Made by a program: the position numbers and the translations under genes. Positions 40,396 to 52,920 of a DNA stretch of 64,000 nt are shown piece after piece; the stretch's first letter is position 1, and every line of letters starts with the position of its first letter. This DNA is from Tubiluchus corallicola (Eukaryota; Animalia; Priapulida), in assembly GCA_030141605.1 (NCBI GenBank), contig JAQGDQ010000429.1, forward strand, positions 135,160 to 199,159. The letters are read 5' to 3'. Under the pieces are notes generated by a model. The model was not told the DNA's origin. It saw nothing but the letters and a program-made list of their open reading frames with translations, and ran no database searches.

Positions 40396-42760
40396 CAGGG
40401 CCTATTTCAGCCTAAGCGAGGCCCAGGGAAGTGGGGGGCGTGTGTGGCCCCCTCGGGGGGGGGGGGCGAAACGCAGCATGGTTGGTGCCCAGAATTTTTG
40501 AACTGCTAGAATGCCGGAGAAGCATTTTTGAAGAGAAAATATGGGGTTATACAGTTGTTAAAGGAAAGAACAATTGAAAGAAAAACTGCTTTACTATCAA
40601 GACCAGACCTTAATACTTATTAAATAGTCAAATCAAAAACAACATCCTTGCAATATGTAATACTGTACTCTCATTTCCGTACAAACCATCTTCTGACTTT
40701 TTGTTTTGCAAAGTTATCAATTAACTCTTTAAGATCAAGGCCTCTTACTACATCTACATTCATTTGAATAATTGACAGACTGTTTAACCAATCCTGGGTC
40801 ATTGTCGAACGATTGTCAGTTTTGATATTTTTTAACGCACTGAAAGAGCGTTCACCAGACGAAACGGAAACTGGCATTGATAAGAAAATGAGAAGTGCGG
40901 CTACAATATTTGGGTAGACTTTGACTAGTTTCATTGCAATAATTCGGTCCAACAATTTTTTGGCGTCGTACAGTCTTTAAAATGCTCAGCAAAAATACGA
41001 TTCAAAAAGCACGTTTCATCTACAACATCTTTAGACACATGTTTTGAATACTTTTTTGGAAATTTGTGGCAATGGTTCTGAGATCGCTCTCCTCAAGAAT
41101 ATGAAATTTCCACAAAAAAACTGAACGTCTCACAAATTTGATCTAAAGCTTGAAACCGCTAGCTTAAAGCTAGGCCACCTAAAACTGAATCTAAAAACAC
41201 GTTAACTTTGAACTTCTGCTCAGCATCTTCAGCGGACAATTTTCTTGTCGTTGCAAAACTGCATGGTAATTCTAAGCTGCTCGCGACATTCTTACATTCC
41301 TCGAGCATGGTGTCCCACTTATCTGGCAACTGCTTGACACTTTCAACCAGAGACTGAATACAGTTGCTCTCGAAATCAATGGTTGCTGCTGGAGGCTGAA
41401 TCAGTAAATTTGTCTCATGTACAATTGACAATAGCTTCAACCATATGGACACCATCAACAGGCCCTCGAAAGTTGAGAAGTATTGCTCGAGACCGGAAAG
41501 TGTAGCTCGAACTTCAGAAGTAAGGTTCAGTTTGTGTGCATCTGCCATTGCTGTCTTCGCGTCACCAAGATGCCGTGCTATTGGTCGCACAGCTTCAATT
41601 CTAGCACTCCAACGGGTTTGAGATGTGCTGTGCAATGAAATACCATCAGTGTGTGCTGTCAGAATCTTCCATCTCTGTGGGCTATTTGAGAAGAAATTGT
41701 ACAACTGTTGTGCAGCACTAAAGAATGTTATGGCTTCCCTGCAGCACTGTGCAGCATCCACACCTACAAGATTTAGAGAGTGGTTGCCGCAGGGGGAATA
41801 CAGAGCATTGTCATTACTCTCAAGTAATGCGGCTTGGACGCCATTGTAGGTTCCAGACATATTGGATCCATTGTCGTACCCCTGTCCAATGCATAAGTTC
41901 CAGTCTAACCTGACAATAAACAAGAACAAAATTTTAAGTGTGCAGGGTGAATTATCAAAATTTTTTCAAGGTTATTGAAAGTTCACCTGAGATTCTCAAG
42001 AATTTCCAGGATGCGTGCAGCAATTTGTCATCCGGTTTTCTCAGTGAAGTTGTCAAACTGAATGAACTTTTCTTGGATAGCGACGTCCCCACTGTCATCG
42101 TCCATTTTCAAAAACTTCACGACCACGGTAGTTTGTTCCTCATGAGACACATCAGTGTTGCATCAACAATCAATGAATATTACCTTGCTTCTTGAATATA
42201 TTCAAGCAGTTTCTGTTGCACAAACGATCAACATAGACCGATGTATTTTGCATTGTTGTAGACAGGTAGTGTACATGTAGCTTCTTTCCTTTCTGCTGTG
42301 ATTCTTTGGCTCTCTCAACATGTTGCCAGAGCACACTGTCGTAACGACCAAGAAGCTCAATCAGTCCCAGGAAGTTTCCATTATTTGGATCACCAATACG
42401 GTGTCTCTTACCCAAAAACCTGGTATCTGCTTACATTTAGTTCCTCTGACTGCAGTTCTTTGTGCAACATGTCAACAACTGTTGAATGTGTCTTCAACAT
42501 GTGCTGGGAGTCTCTCCAATTTACATAATTCTGCTTGTGTACTATGCTGTTCTCGTGAGCAGGAATTCGATCATACAATTTGTTCCACCCTCTGCTGATA
42601 TTGTAGCCAGTTGATGCAAATACTGGGTACATTGGAACCTTAAACACCAGACATGAGATAACACGGTGCACAAAAAAGGAGGTACAGTACACTATTTCGC
42701 TGCTGATACTAGCAAAGCTATTTCTGGATGATAGCAAGACATATGACAACATGGAGAATT
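40396..42760 (-). mobile_element. Second, more decayed hAT transposon
   Basis: CAGGGCC end with GGCCC motifs at 40396. Fragments include HENSIVH, NGNFLGLIELLGRYD, CIGQGYDNGSNM, PCGNHSLNL, TRWSAR and PVSVSSGERSFSALK over several frames. Confidence 0.85.
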
Positions 42761-43791
42761 ATTGCCTGTCTAGCACGTCAGTTTTGTAGACCACGCATTC
42801 ACATTGCTCGGTTAATAATGTTAATACTAAGTAACTGTCCCAGGTTTCGGCACCAAATATAATGACCTAGTTTTCAATTGACACACGTAAATGTTAATAA
42901 TAATGAAAATGTTAAATGAACACTTCATTTTATTTCTTTGTACGCAAAAAGAACCTCATTGTTCATCTGCTCCATTGTCTTCACAACAATATTTGTGCAT
43001 TCAATTCAATTCAATAGTTTGGCTGATTTGAAACACAAAACATTAAGCTATATACATAATGATAATAACAATACAATATTGAGAACAGGTAAGGTTTGAA
43101 ATTGTACAAATCAGCTTCAAGGAGTGTAGGAGCGCGAGCTTTCGAGTCTCACCCCGAGACTGCACAAACATGCATGGTGCAGACAGAGAAATACATGCAA
43201 CAGCTCAAAGTTAAAACAATATTCAACTATAAAAACAATGATAATTACATGATAATACATGCATTCTATGAAAATTAAATTCAAAAAAAGTTTTATTGTA
43301 CATTCGCTGGACACTCGTGGAATCCACAACAAGGTCACTGCTGCAGCTTCTGAGTGGGAAGGACCAGGCACGTGATTAAACATCATCAAGCCTAGGGGTG
43401 TTTCTTTCCTAGTCACGCCTAGTAGATTCACCTTTGCACCATCTTACTGGTGCAAATACTAAGAAAACGTTATTCTCTTCTTTTAATACTATATGCACTA
43501 CAAAGATAAAACCAATTAGGTTACAAAAACATAAATTGGCATCCTCTTGGGTTTAAAACTTATAATTAATAGTTGTAATAATTATGTTTACGTTGTTAAT
43601 GGATTTTGCTTTGCAACAGAAATAGTTACAATATTGGAATCCCCTGTTCGGCTTCATTTGACTGTGCTTAAGAATCTAAATCTAATATGAGGGAAACTGA
43701 AAGGTAACTAAGTGCATAAAAACAAGCGAACCTGTAAAAGAAACTAACTTGAATTGAAACAAGTGAAGTATGCAAACGCTTTTTCAATTTC

Positions 43792-43808
43792 TCATGGCGA
43801 CGGAAGTT
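43792..43808 (+). promoter_or_regulatory. Candidate proximal promoter motifs (YY1-like ATGGCG, ETS-like CGGAAG)
   Basis: TCATGGCGACGGAAGTT lies about 70-80 bp upstream of the SR-gene ATG. Confidence 0.3.
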
Positions 43809-43875
43809 ATTTGGTGTTTTCATTTTAAAACCAATTAAATTATTAACCTGACTGATAATTTAGAATAAAGTAAAA

Positions 43876-46800
43876 ATGCCGGGACCTTTTCGCGAGTGGC
43901 CTTTGGACTGCAAGGTGTATGTGGGTGATTTAGGTGATAACGCAACCGAACACGAGCTAGATTCAGCTTTTAGCAAATATGGACGTTTGCGTAATATCTG
44001 GATTGCAAGGAGACCACCAGGGTTTGCATTTATCGAATTCGAAGATCCGAGAGATGCTGAAGATTCATGCAGAGGACTTGATGGAACGTTAGTGATTTGT
44101 CCCATAACACATAAATGTTAATCAGTTGTATATGTGTTGTAATTTAAACCTAAAGTCTAAACATTATCGAAGCGTTGGCGCTAAAATTGTAGCTTAAAAA
44201 CTACAAAGCGAAGTGGGCTAATAGCACCTTTCATTTGGGTATTAGCATTCAGCAGGTATTAGCACGCGTTTATTGGGCGCCATTTAATACACTATTTTAT
44301 TTCTTGAAGACACCACTATCTTATTCCTTGAAGAAATCACTAATTTGTTGTTTTCCTTGAAGCAATCACTAATTTACTGTTTTACGTTCTTACATGCAAA
44401 ATTTGCAACGAAGTCATTTAAACTTTGCACAGTAAATTGAATATGTGGCTAAACATATTGACTAATTTAAACTACTTTAATGTTTAAGCTAAACTGTGAC
44501 ATAAAGTTGCGTCTGCATGATAAATTTACATGCATTACGCTTTGACACATTATGGTTGTAAAAAACATAGCTGTGATTACCGATGAAGGGGTGAAGAGTG
44601 TCTAGAGCCTAGATAAGGCAGGCCACTGCAGAAATCGTACTAAAAGTGTATTGAAATTATATTGGTGGGAGTTTGGGAAAACATCGTATAATTGTAATAA
44701 CGAGTTTCGTAGTAACAATACGTGATTATATAGGTTTTATTACAAGCTTGGCAGGGACATAATAAAATCGTCGTACTACCAAAAGTTTTGTTATTAAGTT
44801 TTGAAATTATATTGGTGGACTTTGGGACAACGTCGTATAAATGGCGTTTTCGTACTAACAAGTTTCGTTGTACCCATACGTGATTATATAGGTTTTATTA
44901 TAAGCTTGGCAGGGACATAATAAAATTGTCGTACTACCAAAAGTTTAGTTATAAGCCGAATCGTATTATCGGGATTCGACTGTAGGAGGTTTTATATCAA
45001 CAATAAACTAACTAATAATTAGTTTTAAATAAAAAATGTTTTGCATTTATTCCGCTATTCAATTAGACAATTGGTGTAATCTTTTCGTAAAATAAGTGCC
45101 ACCTGGGAGTTCAGTAAATAAAAAACACAAGCCAGAAATACAGAATCACTGACCAGAGTCGTAGAACAGAGTAGGACACAACAGGACCTAACGACAATCC
45201 GAACAGGACTCTGTGACTTACGGCCCAGAAAAACTTTGTTGTCCGGACAAGTTTTTTTAATTAGACGCTATAGTACAAAAACATGGTTTACCTAAACTAC
45301 TATAGAATTATATAGTCTTCTTGTAAAAAAAAACATAATAATGAGTTATTATTCTGCTTATTCTCATTATCTTTATTTAGGAGGCTTTGTGGTAGTCGTG
45401 TGAGGGTTGAAATGTCTTCTGGACGAAGTCGTCGTGGCGGACGTAGAGGACCTCCAGGACCATCATACAGAAGTGAGCGCTATTACCCTGATGACAGGTC
45501 GGCAATTTTTAACAAATTTCTAATAGAATATTTAATTTAAAGATGTTTCATGTTTGGTTACATGAATGTTTTAAAACATGTAGCATTTATAGCTACAAAA
45601 CTGTATTTAACCGTCTGGGAAACGAATCCATGAATAATGTTAAACTATTGCGGCTTTTTAATATAAGTGAATAGAATTTAATAGATTAAAACTAAAATTC
45701 CTTACTTTTCTTCTCACTCTTTCTTTCACTTTTATTTTGTGCAGTTGAACACTACACAGACATTATTAGTCTCCTATAGTTTATTAAATCGAAAAGTTTC
45801 TCATTTCTTGCAATAAGTTATCGCTTAATGATTTTAGTATGTGTTTTAAAAGCAAAAGTGAAATGCCACTAAATAATTCATGCTTTCATATAATGTAATA
45901 GCTTCTCAGGAAGATGCTTCAGTTTAAGGATGTAATTGATAATGATACATGTTATCAGAAATGATACAATAATTATCAGTTATCTCGTCAATACGAAAAA
46001 CTTTTTTTTCATTATTGTGTAGATGGTAATTTTGAACTACCATTACTGTATTTGCAATCTTGATCACTGTTTATTGTTCCTCCTACATGGAACCCGCCAG
46101 ATATTACTTAGTTGTCTTGTAATGATTCTTCAGGATTCGGTGTTACTTTTGAAAGCGATACCCCAATTATGAGCAGCTTACATATTTATGACAGGAGATT
46201 TCTTCTTCATTTGTATTGTGTGTATTAATTGGGAAGTAGCCTCAGAAAATACTGTATTACCTTACACCAAGATACCTTGCATGCAATCAAAACTTCCACA
46301 GCAATACATATAATTATATCACGAGTCTTATCCTTTCAAATGATTTTTCATAATAACAGTTCGTACTGCATTAATTATCGTATCATGTTGTGTCTCTAAA
46401 TTTTTATTGTATAACTTCCCTTTTAGTGGCAGTTCATTGGCAAGCACCTTTTTTACAACAAACTAAATGTTGTGAATACAAATATGTATATAAAAGTTTA
46501 ATGTAAAAAGTAACTAAATGATAATAACAATACAGTTAGAGAATATATATATATATATATATATGTATTATCTTTTATATATATATATATGTGTGTCTTG
46601 CGAAACAAAGTACCTTTTTGAAAGCGTTCTGCAAATTTATATACCTTTCTAATGTCGTATAGCAAACTTCTTTAAAGTGACATACTTGTTTTTTAGTTAT
46701 ATAAGTATTTGAGCCTGTGTATTGCATGGTAATTAATGCCCATATACCACTTTCAGGATTTTATAACATCAACCCCTCACCCCTACCAGCTACACTTCAT

Positions 46801-49800
46801 TAGGGATCACTTGACCCATCTCCAGTCAATCAACATTGGGCAACAACATACTCTTCGCCCAGCAACAACAGCACATTCTGATCAACAACACACCCAACGT
46901 TCGGCTGCTTCTGTCTCCATGGCGACCACCATTCACTCGGCATTACTCTGCACTGCCATCCAAAACAACAACAACATACGGCAAAGCTACAGACGGCATG
47001 GCTCGCCGTGCACAATGCAGTTCCTGTTGCATGTGGCATTGTGTATTTGGCTGCCGTGCTGTATTTTATACTCATCATCACTCAACAACACCCTACTGCA
47101 CCATCAACATTCTGGAACAGGTGCTTCTTATTGTTTACTTAGCAGGGTCGTAGGTATAGTATAACAAGAACTTGTGATCAAAGATACATTGCTTTATCAC
47201 AAAAGTTACAATTGCGAGTAAGTGTTAGTAATTTGTAAATATCAACTGCACAGCTCAAGTCGGCTTGTTTGTGCTACCAAAGTTGAAAATTAACTAGTTT
47301 TGGAATTTGAGGAATTATCCTGGAACTGCAGCAAAACAAGTTTTATCTTTGATTCTGTCATTATTGATGTTAAATTTAAACAAATTATCGTTACTGCAAT
47401 TGTAATTTCAGCCTTCAGTTGTTATCAATTACGATTTTGAGGGTTCCAGGATGCATTTAATCTTTCATAATTTTTTTCGAAATCTAGCTATACCTGTACT
47501 CTATAGGAAAGGGAAATTCATTTGACGTGATTTAAGTTTTTTATTTTCCATGTGAAAACTTGCATTTAGTGCATCTGCAGCTTGTACATTACGTAAGTTA
47601 ACAAGCTGACATATTTAGCTTAGGCTTATACAATGTGGATTGTGCCAAGAAAAAACTAAGCCAATTTAAAATCACTAAATTTATGTTAAATATTTTTAAC
47701 CTATAGAAAAGTTGCGTACATTAGTGTTCATTATCGCAGCAAATTGAGAATACGTATATGGCGCCTTTTACTTCTTTAGTGTTAAATTTTTGAATTTTAA
47801 AATGATCATTGATTTTGCGATGTTTTTATTGATAGCACTCCATTTCTTATATGTATTTTATAGGGACAAGGATAGAGAGAGAGGTAGAGAGCGGAAAAGA
47901 TCTCCTCCTCGAAGACGCAGTCGCAGTGGGTAAACAACTCAAAATATTTCAAAACCAAAAAAGTGTAATAAGATTTTGTATAGTAAAAATGTTTGATGCT
48001 TGTAGTAAATGATCCAGCTGCTAGCAATAGACCTAATTGCAAATTTTAACGTGTGAAAATAGAAATACTATGTGATATTTGTGAAGATCATACTGTGATT
48101 AATTTTTTCTGCTTTTCTTACAGAGAACGGCACAAAAGTTACTCTGGTAGTCCTCGCAGGTTAGTTAAGAATAAATGGCTTTTTCATGGAATTATACATT
48201 ATTCTAGAATCACCAAGTAATTAAGTGAAATAACAAAAATAAGTAGTGCACTCAGTTGTAGTAGTGCTTTTTAAGTTTTCAAATGCATCCTATTAGTTAA
48301 TTATCATACAGTAGGTGTCATTTATTAGACACAAGAATGCTTGGTACAGGCCTTCCTATTCAAATATATATAAAAACTGCTGGCAATTGACTCAAATAAC
48401 TCCCCACAATTCACTCAGTTAAAATAAAAACACTTGTGTGTGGCCAAATAGCTTTTATTGCTTTTATGTCATCTTTAGGATGCTTTTGTGTACTATAATA
48501 AATGTAGAAACAGTCATGTTAGGTACAGCCTTGTTTGTAAGCAGGTATGTTTGTCATTATGCGCTAATATGCTAGCATAGTGATTTTATTTTGAATCTGT
48601 CACCCGCTCATCTGCTGCAGTTAACCTCTTGGTTTCTGGAAGCAAAGCTGTGCCCAGCGGTTTGCTGTTGAAGCTCCCTCTGCTTTTCACAGGTCATCAC
48701 CAACTGCACCTCAAGCACCAGACAATTAAGTGTTTTGCTTGAATATGTGCAACGTGTAGCAACAGCTTTTCATTGTTTTTACCAACATGAGAATTTCATA
48801 AACCAACTTCGTGAATAAATGAAGCAACCAACCTTGCATGAATTTTTTGCATTTTTAGTGGTAATAATTCATTTAAAGTCTTTGCAATCCATACATAGGT
48901 ATAGTCATGACTCACACTTCTGTAGTAGTTATATACTATACCCATTGACTAATATTTTCAGTCAGTTAATTGGGTCAAAACACTCAGCCCACAGTGAGTC
49001 TATTAAGCGGCACTTACTGTATTTCTGAATTACATAACTGTTAAAAAGCAAGTTTGCCATTTTGCTAAACCAGGAGCTCTGATCTGCTGGTAGTATCAGG
49101 CAATGCAAAAGAAATGTTACCAGAGCAAAGCAAATGTGTGATATATCCATTTGTTAAAACTTATAACTGGCATTATTGTAACTAGGGATGTGCATGAATA
49201 ATTGATTACTCGAAGGTATCTTAGCACTGAGCCAACTTCATTGTCCCATAGGAAACAATTTGCTGTCTTTGCAGAAAAACAGTTACTTTGCTGTCAACTC
49301 ACTGCCTTGGATAATTCACAGGGAAGTCGGTTATACCATGTATTGCACATACATGTACTTATCGCTGGCATCAGAGAGCTTAGGGGGTATTTTGAAAAGG
49401 TTCATTCAGATACCGTAGAATTTTCATTATGCAAAAATAGTCAAAGTTATTAAAAGTCAACAAACTCTGCGTTTAATCATTTACACGTACAATTTGTGTT
49501 CATGTTCATAGTTCAGTAATTAATACTACAGTTCAGTCCAGACTAGAGCATGGGTGCTTGTAAATTTATCTTCCCAGCTCAGTAGACGTCTATGGCTCAA
49601 AAGTAAACATAGTTGAGCTGAGACAAGAGCGTTAGTGTGCTGCTAACTAGTGTTTGACATTGACGTTGCATTTGTTTTCAAGACTGCATTGATTTATATT
49701 GCATAATGCTCACACTTTTTGATAAGAAATTATCTAAATGACGTATGTATTTATTTATTTGTACATTTTTTTATGTTTAGGTCTAGATCTCGATCTGCAG

Positions 49801-49811
49801 ACAGAAACTGA
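43876..49811 (+). CDS. SRSF3: SR splicing factor, SRSF3/SRp20/RBP1 type (RRM + RS, no zinc knuckle)
   Basis: Exons 43876-44087 ([19 protein letters not shown]...[19 protein letters not shown]), 45381-45497 ([20 protein letters not shown]..), 47864-47929, 48124-48159 and 49781-49811 ([10 protein letters not shown]); all introns are phase 2 with gt-ag borders. Exact orthology is not established. Confidence 0.88.
44655..44982. repeat. Tandem ~150-bp duplication ending in a pogo-like TIR (MITE relic) in SR-gene intron 1
   Basis: Two copies of ATACGTGATTATATAGGTTTTATTA.AAGCTTGGCAGGGACATAATAAAAT.GTCGTACTACCAAAAG, ending GTATTATCGGGATTCGACTG|TA. Confidence 0.7.
46757..47120 (+). other. Candidate poison (PTC) exon of the SRSF3-type gene
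   Basis: Acceptor ctttcag; spliced from exon 2 it reads R-I-L-stop (TAA 46764-46766). It is a C/A-rich island of CAAC/CATC motifs in an AT-rich intron. The donor CAG|gtgctt at 47120/1 is tentative. Confidence 0.7.
48693..48729 (+). other. Candidate alternative terminal or stop-containing exon of the SRSF3-type gene
   Basis: Strong acceptor ctctgcttttcacag; in phase it reads [12 protein letters not shown]. Confidence 0.45.
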
Positions 49812-50764
49812 ATTTCCTGTTTGTGAAATTGTCACATCTTCATCCGTTTCAAGTGAATTCATTTGTAAATTTTATTTAATGATTTTTTTGATTTGTCATA
49901 TTTTGTGAATTAGACTAGAATTTTGTGTAAATTTGTGAATCTCGATTTATCTATGAGAAAGGCTATCACAACTGCTGTACTAAAATCTTAGTATCAGTAA
50001 ATTAGATTTTCATTACTGTAGAACATATCAGTAAACATGGACATCTTTCGTTTTCATAAATGATATTTGCTAGTGTCCCGCCGCAGTAGTAGGTGCGGTT
50101 GCTGTAACAGCTTTTTTTGTTGCCTATGTTATTTATGCTATATCTTATCTTCTTATTTACTGTAAACAATTAACAAAATTTTTCAAACTACAACAAAATT
50201 ACCTAGCCAGAGATCATCGCAGCTGACTTAATTACTACATACAGCTTACTACGTTACTGTAAACAGTGGCGTAGCAAGTGCTTGTGGTGCCTGCGAGTAA
50301 AAACACTTCTGGCGCCCAACCTTTTATTGTTTTGGTCAATTGCTTGGTGGGTGAAACCATAAATTGTGAGTCTGTTTTTTTTCCTTTCTCGACATGATGC
50401 AATAAGGACAAACGAATTTTTCCTAAGAATCACCGAGTTTGATTTATGCTGCTGCACCAGAATAATTCTTTTCTATGCATAACACGACAGTTCTTTAGCA
50501 CTCTGTTCCAGCATTAAAACATGCAAAGATTATGAAAGATACACTACAAGTTTTCACAATAATATATTCGGCATTTAGAAAAATGCCAGTGTTTCTCCCA
50601 AAATTATCGACCTGCTAAGACACGCGCCACCCTGTACACGCCATTAAGTAACAACATGGCCTTTTTTAAGCTGTACGCAGTAATTTTAATATTTAAACAT
50701 CGATTTTGTTTTAAGTGCTATGGATTATTTACATTTTTATTCCTGTGACTGGTTGTGTAGGTAG

Positions 50765-50814
50765 GGCCCCAGTTGCTTTGCCTGGGCGACTATAGTGCTG
50801 TTAAGATAGCCCTG
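50765..50814 (-). mobile_element. Solo end of the same hAT MITE family as 619-957
   Basis: TTTGCCTGGGCGACTATAGTGCTGTTAAGATAGCCCTG resembles the reverse complement of the 619 left end. Confidence 0.55.
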
Positions 50815-52920
50815 GTTAATCTGTGAGTTCACTGCCCACCTACTTGTATTAGTGCTGTAACAAATTTAGATGTAATCCACTTCGCCATACAGCTTCAAAT
50901 AATGCCAGATGGTCGTGGTCAGATGAGTTACTACAATTATTAGAAACATATTAAGATTACTTGGTTTCTGATCCCGATGTAGTCTAATATTTAGTGGCAA
51001 CTAAACTGTACTAATGTTACTTTTATACTTTTAACTTATCTTTAAAATTAGTTGTCTATAGTGGGCTTACAGTCTTGGAATTGAAACTTTTCAATGGAAT
51101 TTTTTTCAAGTTTCTCCATATTTTTTCGTGATTGTTATGTAATACTTCTGGTACTAATAAGTTGTGAACATGCCACGTTTTGCATTTATGTGTGACCTGT
51201 AAAGCAATGCCTGAATGTGCAAAATAAAATTCGTTTACCACTCAAGATCGTAAAACTAAGCCGAGTTATAACTTAGAAATGCAATTTTTTTAACAAAAGT
51301 AAAATTACTTTATTAACACTAAAGCACTACATCATTTCATACGTAAATTTCACAAGTGCATTTGCAGTACAAGACATTTTTACAGTACACCCCCAATAAC
51401 GCGCATGCTGTGATCCACACTTATGAATTTACAAAAACTCCTTAAAAATCAAATTGTAATATCAGGAGTATCACTTTAACAAGAAGCAAAAATAATGTTA
51501 CTCGTGTGAAGATGAACAGCAAGAACATAAAAAAGTGAAATAAAAGTTTGATTTCATTTTTGTAAAAAAAGTAACACTGCATTTTCTGTTTTGCTAACAC
51601 AATATCTCGTTTAAAGTCAACACATGGATCAAAATAACTGGAAATGAACAGCCTGTTTGCCTTTACAATGAAGCTTTGAGAACTTGTGTTATTATTAGTA
51701 AATATTGATCATGCTATTTTATGCAAAAGAACGAAATAGTAGTGGTACTTGTAGTGCAGTGGTAGCAAAATTACAAAGATGCAATGCAATGGCCTAAGAC
51801 AGTTAACAAACTTTAAAATAACAAGGATATCATACATTCTGCTTTTTAGTAACAGTATAACACCGTTACAGCAAACCTACTAGGGACTCAGAAAAAGTAT
51901 TATATAACCGAGGTACTCCAAAAGCATACTCGGCTGAACAAATGTGTATGACTATTAGATTGAGAGCATAAAAGTGTATAAATAATTTATAACGTGTGGC
52001 TTTTTCGAGGATGTAAATTAAGCCTACCTTTGGAAGATACTAGCAAGCACCACTTACTTTGCAGTATTTTGAAATTCAATACAGTGTATTCTAAGTGACT
52101 TCAATAAACTAAAAATCAATCAACATTTCACATTAAATTGTATGTACATGTAATCTGTGGTACATGTTCAATTGTAATTTATGTGACACGTTCAGTAATG
52201 TCAGTGAGATTCAAGAAAGTTTTCACACAATTTCTGTTTGTTCCTTGTCTAAATAGTGTTCGCAAAATTGCCTCAAAGCAACTGCAGTAAGGTTTATCGC
52301 CTGGGACATCTTAGCAGTGTGCCGCCAGTGTACGTCACATGAAACATCTTAGTGTACATATGTAAAGCAGCTAAATAACTCATTGTTTTTATACAGCTAG
52401 TAAACAAAATGGCCTTTAGACACGACATGTTAACAACTGCATGCTGCATGCTCAACTTTTTTGCAGCACCAGAAATGACCGGTTAAATTTAACTGCAAAT
52501 TAATTTAAAAACGGCTCGCAAATTTAAGGTATGCAATAAAAATCTACAAATACAAAATAATGCAGGCAATGGAGCCTTACAATAAGTCCGCAATACCCAA
52601 TAAACGAGTATGTTGTATTCAATGCAGTTATACTAGTTAAATAAATATAAACGTTTTTTCTTTCTTTGCCAGTTTGCATTATCGGTGTCTAAGCAATAAA
52701 CCACGCCCGCTGTAATAGTGTCATACTGTACTGCTCCGCAACAATGAAACTAACCTTACACGTGCATGAGCCAGAATACAATAAGGTTTTTTATACAACA
52801 CAAGAAAAATTTGTACAATTCAAGGAATTACTTATTTTAGTTGTTTCATTGTCGTCTCTTATTAAAATCATAACGTCTCTTAAAACGCAATTCACGTTTC
52901 GACTTCGATTTTTCGACTGT

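Noticed and set aside
46736-47164. 142-aa His/Gln-rich ORF as an independent gene
   Set aside because: Open frames are explained by C/A-rich composition, and the region fits a poison exon better.
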